A DNA stretch of 54,453 nt, taken from the NCBI GenBank assembly GCA_937998695.1, contig CALLCO010000232.1, positions 1 to 54,453 on the forward strand. The letters run 5' to 3'. Position numbers and translations under genes: made by a program. This document shows positions 1 to 9,231 of the stretch, piece by piece (position 1 is the first letter of the stretch; each line of letters begins with the position of its first letter). Under the pieces are notes generated by a model, which made no database searches, was not told where the DNA came from, and saw only the letters and a program-made list of their open reading frames with translations. Source of the stretch: Candidatus Ozemobacteraceae bacterium (lineage in GTDB: Bacteria > Muiribacteriota > Ozemobacteria > Ozemobacterales > Ozemobacteraceae).

Positions 1-155
1 GGTCTGTCCCCCACTCCGAATGGCCTGGGGATGCCCCCGCCCCCTTCCCTCCGCTCCCCTTCCTCTTCGAGGTTTCAGGCAAGGTGGGCAGGTTTCCCGA
101 GGGCACGTGTTCGAGATCCCGGCATCCCGACTTGCATTTCGAGGCCGAAAGAAAC

Positions 156-1220
156 ATGGGAGAAAGGGAGAATTGGGGAGAATTGGCGAAGGGCAACGTC
201 CATCGATCGCCAAGAGAGGAGTCGGCAGGGAATAGAAGACCATCCCGGTTCCTTCCCTGGGTGACGATCTTGATCTTGGGGGTCACCATCGGGGGATGGC
301 CCCCCTCCGCCCTGGCCGCCGGCCTTCCCGCCAGGGATTTCGTGGTCATCGAGTCCGAGAACGGCTCCGAGCCGTGCGTCGTGGCCGGCAACCCCGGCTT
401 GCTCGATACCCCTGCCTGCCCGGCCTCCACCTTCAAGATCGTTCTGGCCTGGGCAGCGCTCGATCGCGGCGTCATCGCCACCGACACCCGCCTGCCCTGC
501 CTCGACCCCCATCTGGGCTCCGCCACCCACCACCTCGACCTGAGCCAGGCGCTCTTGTATTCGAGCAATGCCTTTTTCCAGACCATTGCCCCACGGGTGG
601 GCCGCCCGGCCCTCGAAGCGTTTTTGCGGGAGTCCGGCTATCTTCCCCCCAGCGCCCTGAAAGGGTGGCTGGGCAAGGACTGGTCGCCGGTCGTCAAAGG
701 CGGACGGCTGCGGATCAGCCCTCGCCAGCAGCACGCCTTTCTCGTCCGATTTCTCAAGGACGAGATCGCGGTGGGACGCACCACCCGCCCCGCCCTCCTA
801 GAGGCTCTCCGGTGGCCGACCCCAAATCACGGCCTGGCGGCGACGCTGCCCATTCCCTCGAGCCCCAGCCAGTCGAAAAGTTCTGGCGTCTCACCCACCG
901 GCGATGGTCAGGCGACCACCCTTCCCCCACTTTCCATACCCGCTTCCCCTTCCCTCTCTCACCACGAACCTCCGGATCGTAAGAATACCGGGGCCGATGG
1001 CGCTGCGCCAGCCCTGACCGACGCCTGGGAACTCGCCGGCAAGACGGGAGCGGCCGGCGGCGTCGTCTGGTTCACCGGGTTCGGCCGACGCGCCGGCCGC
1101 TGGCGGGCCGTCACCGTCTTCTGTCGCGGCCCGGTGGCCCGCCGCCCCGCCGTCATCGCCGCCTTCTACGAACGCTTCGGCCTGCGCTGGGACCCCGCTC
1201 TCCTGCCACCCCTTCCCTGA
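156..1220 (+). CDS. Class D beta-lactamase-like / penicillin-binding transpeptidase-domain protein with a Pro/Ser-rich insertion
   Basis: Motifs PASTFK (SxxK), YSSN (SxN), LRISPRQQ and AGKTG...WFTGF; hydrophobic N-terminal segment. Start uncertain (84, 156 or later). Confidence 0.8.
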   Translation: MGERENWGELAKGNVHRSPREESAGNRRPSRFLPWVTILILGVTIGGWPPSALAAGLPARDFVVIESENGSEPCVVAGNPGLLDTPACPASTFKIVLAWAALDRGVIATDTRLPCLDPHLGSATHHLDLSQALLYSSNAFFQTIAPRVGRPALEAFLRESGYLPPSALKGWLGKDWSPVVKGGRLRISPRQQHAFLVRFLKDEIAVGRTTRPALLEALRWPTPNHGLAATLPIPSSPSQSKSSGVSPTGDGQATTLPPLSIPASPSLSHHEPPDRKNTGADGAAPALTDAWELAGKTGAAGGVVWFTGFGRRAGRWRAVTVFCRGPVARRPAVIAAFYERFGLRWDPALLPPLP

Positions 1221-1291
1221 CCCCGTTCACCCCCGACCAGGTCCGAATCGGATGTGCTACACTTCCACCCAGTGGACCACCGCAGGGGAGG

Positions 1292-3268
1292 ATGAGCATG
1301 CCGTCTCGACTGTTGTCCGTCGTCTTCACCGACATCAAGGGCTTCACGGAGCGCACCTCGCAAGCCGGGCGCGATTTCGCCGTCAAGCTTCGCGACAAGC
1401 ACGACGCCCTGCTCAAGCCGATCATCCGCCGCTATGACGGCACCCTGGTCAAGACGATCGGCGACGCCTTCCTGCTGACCTTCGACAGCCCCACCAACGC
1501 CGTGCTGTGCGCCCTGATGATGCAGGAAACCCTGCGCTCCTACAACCGCACCGCTCCCATCGAGGAGCGCATCGAGATCCGCGTGGCCATCAACACCGGC
1601 GAGGTCACCGTGACCGACGGCGACGTGCTGGGTGACGTGGTCAACGTCGCCTCGCGGGTCGAACACATCACCGAAGCCAACGAGATCTGGTTCACCGAGG
1701 CCACCTACCTGGCCATGAACAAGCAGGAAGTGCCGACCAGCCTGGTCGGCGAGTTCCGCCTGAAGGGCGTTCCCGAGGCGATCAAAATCTACCGCGTCGT
1801 CCAGGATCTCGACTCCGAGCAGTTCCAGAAAGCCATCGCCCTGCAACAGGAGAGGATGGCCGCAGCCGGCGCCGCTCCCGAAGCCGGACGACCGGGCCCC
1901 CTGCCCGCGGTCGGGCTCGTCGCCGCCATCGTCCTGCTCACCCTGCTGGCCATCCTCTGGACCTGGAAGAACGCCATCCCGCCCCAGCTCATCGCAGCCA
2001 ACCGCGCCCTCAACAGCGGTGAACCGCGCCAGGCCATCGACGCCGTGATCTCGCTGCTGGCCGACTCTCCCAATCACCCCCCAGGGCTCGAACTCCTTCG
2101 CCGCAGTCTCGAGATGGCCGTCAGCCAACACCTGGCCAAAAAGGAAACCAGCGCGGCCCGTTCTCTGCTCGATGACCTGCGGGCCAAGTTCGGTTCGCTC
2201 GGGCCCCTTCCTGATCTCGAGACTGACGTATCGCTGGCCGAAGCCTACGACTTCGCCGAACAGGGCCTGCGCGGCCGGGAAAAGGCCAACGAGATCGCGT
2301 TCCGCCTGGCCGAAGAGCAGAAAACCCACGCGCCCACGATCCACAAGGTGGCGCGCTTCTACCACCGCACCGGCATCCACGGCCGCCGCAGCATCCATTA
2401 CATGACCGCCGCCGCCGCGTTCGACCCGGCCAGTTTCGTCAAAGACCCCGAGTTCCTCCAGGCCATCGACTATTACCTAAGCAAATGGTCTCCAGAAGAG
2501 GGGTTCGACGAGACCCGCCAGTTCATCGCCAGCCACTGTTTCGACCTGTTCGCCGCCACCTTCACCCACCTGCTGGCCACCACCGACCAAGCGGATCGCA
2601 ACGGCCGCTGGAACGCCCTGCGCATCATGGCCCTGAAAGACCGGCCGATCGACCCGACCCCGGTCTACCTCACCGAGATTTTGAACGCCCCCGGGGAAGA
2701 GAACTCCCCCCTCCTGCAGGAGGCGGTCGACTTCTTTGCCACCGGCACCGGCACCGCCGCCCTGCCGGCCACGTTCGACCGGTTTCCGCTGCTCGAGCGC
2801 ACCCTCCTGGCCACCGATTCGCCCTCAATGCGCCTGGCCGCCGGCCCCTTCTTCCCACGCCTGGAGCCCTGGCTGCGTCGGGCCATGACCAATCCGGGCT
2901 CGACCACGGCACGTCTGAACGCGTTCCGGGTGCTCAACGAGAAGGGGCTCCCGCCCGACCAGCTCTGGCGGTTCCACGCCGCCCAGGCCATCGACTGGGA
3001 GGAAGTCCTTCGCACCGACACCCAGACCCGCCTCACCCTCCATGAAGCGGTCGCATTCCTGGCCGCCCACCCCGTGCCCGCCGGGCTCGAGGTGCGAGCC
3101 GACCCTGACCTGGCTCCCCTGCGTGAAGCCCTGACCGCCCTCGCCGCCGCTGCGGGCCGCTACGCCGCCCACGCCCAGGGCAACAACTGGAAAACCGAAT
3201 TCGCCAACTGGCAGGCCCTCCAGGGCGAAGCCGAGGCGGCGGCGGCGCGGCTGCCGGCCGGCCGCTAG
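1292..3268 (+). CDS. Class III adenylate cyclase with one TM helix and a C-terminal helical (TPR/HEAT-like) region
   Basis: Intact motifs FTDIKGFT, KTIGDAF, INTGEV and DVLGDVVNVASR; TM segment VGLVAAIVLLTLLAILW; SD GGGGAGG just upstream (true start may be ATG 1298). Confidence 0.85.
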   Translation: MSMPSRLLSVVFTDIKGFTERTSQAGRDFAVKLRDKHDALLKPIIRRYDGTLVKTIGDAFLLTFDSPTNAVLCALMMQETLRSYNRTAPIEERIEIRVAINTGEVTVTDGDVLGDVVNVASRVEHITEANEIWFTEATYLAMNKQEVPTSLVGEFRLKGVPEAIKIYRVVQDLDSEQFQKAIALQQERMAAAGAAPEAGRPGPLPAVGLVAAIVLLTLLAILWTWKNAIPPQLIAANRALNSGEPRQAIDAVISLLADSPNHPPGLELLRRSLEMAVSQHLAKKETSAARSLLDDLRAKFGSLGPLPDLETDVSLAEAYDFAEQGLRGREKANEIAFRLAEEQKTHAPTIHKVARFYHRTGIHGRRSIHYMTAAAAFDPASFVKDPEFLQAIDYYLSKWSPEEGFDETRQFIASHCFDLFAATFTHLLATTDQADRNGRWNALRIMALKDRPIDPTPVYLTEILNAPGEENSPLLQEAVDFFATGTGTAALPATFDRFPLLERTLLATDSPSMRLAAGPFFPRLEPWLRRAMTNPGSTTARLNAFRVLNEKGLPPDQLWRFHAAQAIDWEEVLRTDTQTRLTLHEAVAFLAAHPVPAGLEVRADPDLAPLREALTALAAAAGRYAAHAQGNNWKTEFANWQALQGEAEAAAARLPAGR

Positions 3269-3299
3269 CGGGCCCCCAGCCGCCGCCCGGCAATACCCG

Positions 3300-5489
3300 A
3301 TGGGTGCACGACGTCCCTCCCGCTTCCGGATTGGCGCCTTCTGCCTCCTGGCAGCCTGCATTCTCCTGGTTGGGGCGGTTCCCGTCCTGTTCGCCCGCGC
3401 CGGGGGCGGCGAGGGGTTCCCCGGGGGCGGAGGCGGCGGAGGTGGCGGAGGTGGCGGAGGTGGCTCGGGAGGCGATTCCGAAGCCCTCGTCTCCCTGTTG
3501 TGGTATCTGCTCGACTTCACCTTCCACTATCCCCTGATCGGAATTCCCCTGCTCATCCTGTTCGTCATCGCCGTGGCCTATGGGGCGTTCGAAGGGAAGG
3601 AGCGCTACGTCGACTACACCATCCGGCGCGGCACCCAGGCCCAATCACAGGTCGACCAGGCCCGCGCCGTAGCCCGCATGCGACAACGCGACCCCACCTG
3701 GAACCAAGCCGTCTTCCTCGGCCGAGCCCGCCAGGCCTTCCTGGCCATCCAGCAGGGCTGGGCCAGGGGCACCCTCGGCACCGCCCAGGCCTTCCTGTCC
3801 GACGGGGTCTACGATCGGTTCCAGATCCTGCTGCGCGAACTGGCCGACGCCGGCCTGCGCAATCACCTGACCGACATCCGGGTGGTCGACGCCACCATCC
3901 GTCAGGTGGACAGCGACGCCCACTACGACACCATCCACGTCGCGATCCGCGCCACCGCCATCGACTACCTGGTTGCCGCCGCCACCGGCACGTGGGTGGA
4001 AGGGCCCACCACCCCCGAGCTGTTCGAGGAGGTCTGGACCTTCCTGCGCCGCCCGGGCGTCAAAACCCTCGCCAAACCGGGCCTGATCGAAGGCTTCTGC
4101 CCCAACTGCAGCGCCCCCGTCGAGGTGGCCAGGGTGGCCATCTGTCCCGTTTGCCAGTCCTACCTGCGCTCGGGCGAGCACGACTGGGTGCTGGCCGTCA
4201 TCACCCAGGCCAGTGAGTGGGCCCCCCGCGCGAGCGAGACCGTTCCCGGCCTGGCCACCTATCGGAAGGCCGACCCCGGCTTCCACCTTCAGCACCTGGA
4301 GGACCGCGCCTCGGTCATCTTCTGGCGGCACGCCCTCGCCGAGCGGCTGGGCGACGTGGGCCCGATGCGCAAATACGCGCTCGACCCGTTCCTCGCCGGC
4401 CTCGCCCCCCGCCTGCACCCGGGCGAGAACGGCTCCCGCCATTTCTTCACCCGGTGCGCCGTCGGCGGGGTCAGCGTCAAGGCGATCCTGCCCGGGGAAC
4501 CCTTCGACCGCGTCTTCGTCGAGATCGCCTGGAGCGGCCGTCCGACCGAGCGCCGCCGCGACGGCCAGACGGTCGCCGCCGGGGTCGGCACCCGGCGCCT
4601 GCGCAACGTCTTCGTCTTGGCCCGCCGTCACGGCGTCCCCACCGAGACCCGCACCTCGCTCGACAGCGCCCATTGCCCCAACTGCGGCGCCCCGGAACAG
4701 ACCGGCCAGGAGTTCGTCTGCCCCTACTGCGAGACCGTCCTCAACGACGGCTCACAGGACTGGATCCTCGAGCGGATCCTCGCCGCCAATGACGTCAAGG
4801 TCATGGCCGCCGTCCGGCAGGCCCGCGATCTCGACCAGCCCATGCCCGCCGGGCCGGCCACCGGTGCGGCGCCAGGAACCCAACGGGCAGCTTCCCCCGG
4901 GGGGCCGGCCCAGCCGGTGTCCGTCGCGGGAGCTGCCCTCCTGGCACCCTCTGCCCCGCCGGAGGCCTCCGGGCTTTCTTCCGTGGCCGGCCCTCTCGCC
5001 GCCCCCGGCCTCGAGTCGGCACCCAGGCCGGCTGGCGCCCCATCGGCCGTCGACCGCCCGCCGGCCCCCCTTCCCGGCACCCAATTGCTGGAATGGCTGG
5101 TGGCCACCATGCTGGCCGATGGGGTCATCGACGACAAGGAGATGGCCCTCCTACGCGAGGTCGGCACCCGCACGGGCCTGTCCGAGGCCAGGGTGCTCGA
5201 GACGATCACGGCCTTCCGCGAAGGGGGCCTGAGCCAAGACAGCCTGCCTGTACCGACCTCGCCCGCCGAAGCCCGGGAGATGCTGCGCTCAATGGCCGCC
5301 ATGGCCCTGGCCGACGGCCGCCTGACCGACGACGAGATGGCTGTGCTGACCAGTTTCGGCCGCAAGATCGCCCTCACCCCTCTCGACGTGAACCTGCTGG
5401 TCAAGCAGGAACGCCAACGCCTCTTCCAGGAAGCCCGCCGCACGCTCCAGGAGCTGAAGAAACTGCCCAAGAAACCCCCGAACGCCTGA
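3300..5489 (+). CDS. Tandem Tim44-like/zinc-ribbon membrane protein with C-terminal TerB-like domain
   Basis: Signal-like N-terminus, RAGGG plus poly-Gly, TM helix; FEEVWTFLRRPG; two zinc ribbons (CPNC..CPVC and CPNC..CPYC), each followed by DW(V/I)L; C-terminal ADGVIDDKE and ADGRLTDDE motifs. Confidence 0.8.
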   Translation: MGARRPSRFRIGAFCLLAACILLVGAVPVLFARAGGGEGFPGGGGGGGGGGGGGGSGGDSEALVSLLWYLLDFTFHYPLIGIPLLILFVIAVAYGAFEGKERYVDYTIRRGTQAQSQVDQARAVARMRQRDPTWNQAVFLGRARQAFLAIQQGWARGTLGTAQAFLSDGVYDRFQILLRELADAGLRNHLTDIRVVDATIRQVDSDAHYDTIHVAIRATAIDYLVAAATGTWVEGPTTPELFEEVWTFLRRPGVKTLAKPGLIEGFCPNCSAPVEVARVAICPVCQSYLRSGEHDWVLAVITQASEWAPRASETVPGLATYRKADPGFHLQHLEDRASVIFWRHALAERLGDVGPMRKYALDPFLAGLAPRLHPGENGSRHFFTRCAVGGVSVKAILPGEPFDRVFVEIAWSGRPTERRRDGQTVAAGVGTRRLRNVFVLARRHGVPTETRTSLDSAHCPNCGAPEQTGQEFVCPYCETVLNDGSQDWILERILAANDVKVMAAVRQARDLDQPMPAGPATGAAPGTQRAASPGGPAQPVSVAGAALLAPSAPPEASGLSSVAGPLAAPGLESAPRPAGAPSAVDRPPAPLPGTQLLEWLVATMLADGVIDDKEMALLREVGTRTGLSEARVLETITAFREGGLSQDSLPVPTSPAEAREMLRSMAAMALADGRLTDDEMAVLTSFGRKIALTPLDVNLLVKQERQRLFQEARRTLQELKKLPKKPPNA
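3423..3473 (+). repeat. Poly-glycine coding tract (GGC GGA GGT units)
   Basis: 14 consecutive Gly codons followed by SGG, inside the Tim44-like gene. Confidence 0.9.
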
Positions 5490-5643
5490 ACCACACGGGC
5501 CGGGAGGCTTCCCCACATCCCGCCCATCCCACGGCCCCATTCAACCCGCATTCCAGCGGATGGTGACCGAAAAGCCCCGAAGGGGGCGAACCCGGTCGTC
5601 CGCCCCCGTCGGGAAATCGTCGGTCAGCCGCGCTTGGCCACAC

Positions 5644-6798
5644 TCAGGGCATCTTACACCCGCATTCCGGGCAGAATTTCGCCCCCGCCGCCATCGGCTT
5701 CTGACAGCCGGGGCAGGCGGCGCTCTGCGGCGAGCCGCACTCGGGGCAGAACTTCGCCCCAGCGGCCATCGGCGCCCGACATTTCACGCAGGCCGCCTTG
5801 CCCACGGTGTTGGGCTTGCCGCAATTCGGGCAGAACTTGGCCGCCGGATCCATCGAGGAGCGGCAACCGAGGCACGTCACGGGCACCCCGCCGGCCGGCG
5901 CCCCACCCATCGGCTGGAAGGCCTGCGCCATGCCCTGGCCCATGCCCAGGCCGGCGCCCAGACCGACCCCCATACCCGCCACGCTCCCGGGGTTCTGGGC
6001 GGCGGCGTTGATGGCTTTCAGTTGCTCGACCCGGGTGTAGGTGTTCATGCTGCTGCCGTCGATGTCGCCGAGCGCCTTGACCGCCTGGGCCTCGGCCATC
6101 TGGTCGGCGATCTTGTTGATGCGCCGCTTGGTGTCGTCGTCGAAGTCGGTGTTCTCGATGCGGAAATCGGTCAGCTCGAACCCAAGCGGCGGGAAGATGT
6201 CGGCCACCCGCTTGCGCAGCTCTTCCGACAGCTCGACCCGCTTGCGGTCGATCTCGGAATAGCTGTATCCCGACTCGGCGAACAGGTCGGTGAGCGGGGT
6301 CAGCACGCGGTCAACGATGATGGTGCGGATCTCGGCCACCGAAAAGACCTGCCGGGTGCTGGTCACTTCCGTGAAGAACTTGCGCGGGTCGACGATCTTG
6401 AACGAGAAGTTGCCGAAGGCGCGCAGGCCGACCGGGAACTTGTACTTGGGATCGTCGTATTTGATCGGAGCCTTGGTTCCCCATTTCTGGTTGAGGAACT
6501 CGGTCAAGCGCACGAAATAGATGTTCGCCTTGTGCTCGGAGGTGAAGCCCTGCATGATCTTGGTGATCGTCGTCCAGAAGGGGATGTTGGCGGTGCGCAG
6601 CTCGAACAGGCCCGGATAGTCGTGGATGGCCTGCACCTGCCCCTGATAGACGAAAATGGCCGCCTGCCCCGGGTTGACCAGCAGCTTGGAGGCGTTCTTC
6701 AGCTCGTCGCTGCCGCCATCCCAGCGCCAGATCAGGAGGTCGGGGGACGGATCCTTCCACTCGATGACGGACCGGAGTTGATCACGGAAAAAACCCAT
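5644..6798 (-). CDS. SPFH/band-7 domain protein with double zinc ribbons (YdjI-like)
   Basis: Begins MGFFRDQLRSVIEW with GGAGG SD; KWGTKAPI, GLRAFGNFSF, GMGVGLGAGLGMG; C-terminal repeated CxxC...AKFCPxCG. Confidence 0.88.
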   Translation of the reverse strand: MGFFRDQLRSVIEWKDPSPDLLIWRWDGGSDELKNASKLLVNPGQAAIFVYQGQVQAIHDYPGLFELRTANIPFWTTITKIMQGFTSEHKANIYFVRLTEFLNQKWGTKAPIKYDDPKYKFPVGLRAFGNFSFKIVDPRKFFTEVTSTRQVFSVAEIRTIIVDRVLTPLTDLFAESGYSYSEIDRKRVELSEELRKRVADIFPPLGFELTDFRIENTDFDDDTKRRINKIADQMAEAQAVKALGDIDGSSMNTYTRVEQLKAINAAAQNPGSVAGMGVGLGAGLGMGQGMAQAFQPMGGAPAGGVPVTCLGCRSSMDPAAKFCPNCGKPNTVGKAACVKCRAPMAAGAKFCPECGSPQSAACPGCQKPMAAGAKFCPECGCKMP

Positions 6799-7322
6799 GG
6801 GGCGCTCCTCCCTTGATGTGTAGTGCCGTCGGAACACGGCCCCCCGGCAAACCGGGAATGCTTCGAGTATACGGGAATACCCCTGGCAAGGCAACGCCGG
6901 CCCTGCGCGTTGCCCTGCGCGTTGCCGCCCACCCCGCCCCACAGATTCCAGCGTTCGTTCCGCCCCATCCTTCACCGCCCAAAAGGGTGTTGGGACTTGG
7001 ATCGGCCCCCTTCGGGAGCCTGGGGCACGCGATTTCCAGCACCGATCACGGGTTCGTTGAGCCTCTCTCGCGGGAAGATAGGCGGGAGTCACCCTTGACC
7101 ACCCTCTAACCAGGTCGTTCCGCTCCCCCCCTCCCCCCGCAACCGAACAACCTCCCCCGCCATTCCGCTTTCAGAGGAACAAGAACCGTGCGAGATGCCT
7201 GGCGAGGAAACGTGTCTCTTGTGCGACACGCGGGAAATGACGCATAATGACCCCGGTGGGCCTCCAACCAACCACTGGCGACCGACCGGGCCCGCCCACC
7301 ACTTCCGCCCTGGAGGGAACCG

Positions 7323-8450
7323 ATGCAGGATCAGGACACCCTGGAATTCACCTACGGCGGCGGCTGCCTGTCGCTGTTCGGGCTGCCGTTCTTCCTGAGC
7401 GGCCTGTCGGCTCTGGCCATTCCGTTCGTCGAGTTCAGCAAGGTCCAGGGCCCCGACCGGTTCGCCCTGCTCATCCCCGCCTTCATGAGCATCCCTTTCC
7501 TGCTGATCGGAGCCGGCTTTCTGTTCGGACGCTCCGGGCTGATCCTCGACCGCCGCCGCAAAAAGGTGGTGCAGTGGTGGGGCTTGCTCGTGCCGTTCAG
7601 CAAGACCGAGAACGATTTCCAGGACCTCGAGCGGGTTGACATCTCGGTCGAGCGACGGGGTGGCAAGAACAAGGTCACCGTCTTCCCCGTGACCCTGAAA
7701 GGGAAGGGGAAACCCATCGAGATCGAGGCCCCCCAGACCCATTTCGCCGCCCGCACCCTCGCCGAGAAGGTCGCCAAGTTCCTGCAGTTCGGCATCATGG
7801 ATAACTCGATGGGCGTCGGCGTCTTCCGCGAGGCGGGAACCCTTGACGAACCCTTGCGCGACCGCATCCTGCGCCAGGACGGCCCGGCCCCCGCCCCGCC
7901 CGCCGACGAGCACCGGCGCGGCCGGATCCAGTATCAGACGCGCGACGAGACGGGCGCGTTCATCCTTCCCCGGATCGGCTTCACCCCCGCCCTGATGTTG
8001 TCTCTCGGCATCGGCGGATTCGTGGCGTTGGTCTTCGCGGGAGTCTTCCTCATTCCCATCTTGTCTATCCTCGGCCAAAAAGATGGGGCTCTTCCCGCCC
8101 TCATCATGATCGGGTTCTTCTTCACCCCCATCATCATCTCGATCCTGGGGATGCTGGTCTACGGCCTCAAGACCAGCACCACCCAGGAGAAATTGCTCGC
8201 CTCTCCACGTGGCATCGTGATTGAGCGCACCACCTGCTTCGGCAAGACCCAGTTCTCGATGTCGGCCACCGAACTCGAAGAGCTCGACCGCGGCACCCGC
8301 GGGCCGACCGGGTCGATCTTCCAGGATCCGGTGCTGTATGCCCGCAGCGACAAGACCGAGCTCGACTTTGGCCACGGCCTGACCCGCGACGAACTCGACT
8401 GGCTCTGGAAAGCGATCCGCCACCACCTGACCGCCGAATCGTCGCCCTGA
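7323..8450 (+). CDS. Hypothetical membrane protein with two [2TM + beta-rich domain] modules
   Basis: SD GGAGGG; two pairs of hydrophobic helices, each followed by a soluble beta-rich segment; GC3-rich codons. Confidence 0.75.
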   Translation: MQDQDTLEFTYGGGCLSLFGLPFFLSGLSALAIPFVEFSKVQGPDRFALLIPAFMSIPFLLIGAGFLFGRSGLILDRRRKKVVQWWGLLVPFSKTENDFQDLERVDISVERRGGKNKVTVFPVTLKGKGKPIEIEAPQTHFAARTLAEKVAKFLQFGIMDNSMGVGVFREAGTLDEPLRDRILRQDGPAPAPPADEHRRGRIQYQTRDETGAFILPRIGFTPALMLSLGIGGFVALVFAGVFLIPILSILGQKDGALPALIMIGFFFTPIIISILGMLVYGLKTSTTQEKLLASPRGIVIERTTCFGKTQFSMSATELEELDRGTRGPTGSIFQDPVLYARSDKTELDFGHGLTRDELDWLWKAIRHHLTAESSP

Positions 8451-8553
8451 ACCCCTTCCCGCCGCCAACCACCGGTTCGGCAACCCCCGAACTTCCGCGG
8501 AAAGAGATCCGCAGAAGGGGGTCGTCCCCCATTCTGGGTTCAAAAAGCTGGAT

Positions 8554-9105
8554 TCAGTCTTCGACGGTAACCGCGGTTGCCAGGTAGCGCCGGTAGTCGG
8601 CCGAGGACAAGATGATGTCGGGGTATTCGTTGCTCACCCAGTAGCGGCGGCCGTCAGGGGCGGTCTTCCATTCGCCGTCGAGCAGGTCGACCTCGCGGCC
8701 GTAGATGTAGGCGATCTTTTTCTTGCCCCGATCGTCGATGGTCTGGGCCTGGAAGGCGGCCCGCAGAGCGGTCAACGCACTCTGCAGGGTGGTGCGCCCC
8801 TCCTGGAGGATCTCGAACTGCACCCGGGCGATCAGCCGGGTCAGCAGCCCCAACTCGAGCTTCACGGCCTGGGCGGCAACCTTGCCCAGCTCTTCTTCTG
8901 AGGCCATCAGGCGGTCGGTCAGCTCTTTCTCGCGGGAGTTCAGGGTAAGCCCCCGGCCGCGGCTGTCATGGAGGGTGGTCAGCACGTTCAGCTCGTATTC
9001 GCGATTGAGACCCATAAACTCTTCAGCGACGCCGGCGAGCGCGGGAGTGATGAGACTGGCGGTGAGAAGAATGGCAGTGACAAAAATGAAGGAAATGTTC
9101 TTCAT
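8554..9105 (-). CDS. Hypothetical secreted protein
   Basis: Signal peptide MKNISFIFVTAILLTASLITPALA; purine-rich RBS; coding-like codon bias. Confidence 0.75.
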   Translation of the reverse strand: MKNISFIFVTAILLTASLITPALAGVAEEFMGLNREYELNVLTTLHDSRGRGLTLNSREKELTDRLMASEEELGKVAAQAVKLELGLLTRLIARVQFEILQEGRTTLQSALTALRAAFQAQTIDDRGKKKIAYIYGREVDLLDGEWKTAPDGRRYWVSNEYPDIILSSADYRRYLATAVTVED

Positions 9106-9231
9106 GGCCCCCCCTTGGTTGTTCGTCAGTATAGGGAAGCAAGCCGCATACCAGCCATGCGAGGCCAAAAAGGGGGCTGCACACGCCCGTTTCTCTGACC
9201 CCGGGCGGAAAAAGTGCTAGAATGTTGGCGC

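Noticed and set aside
3423-3473. Poly-Gly tract as a phase-variation locus
   Set aside because: Units are multiples of 3 with mixed codons, so slippage would not shift the frame; Gly-rich leaders are normal in this family.
6899-6930. 12-bp tandem GCCCTGCGCGTT
   Set aside because: Only about 2.4 copies in GC-rich DNA; no functional support.
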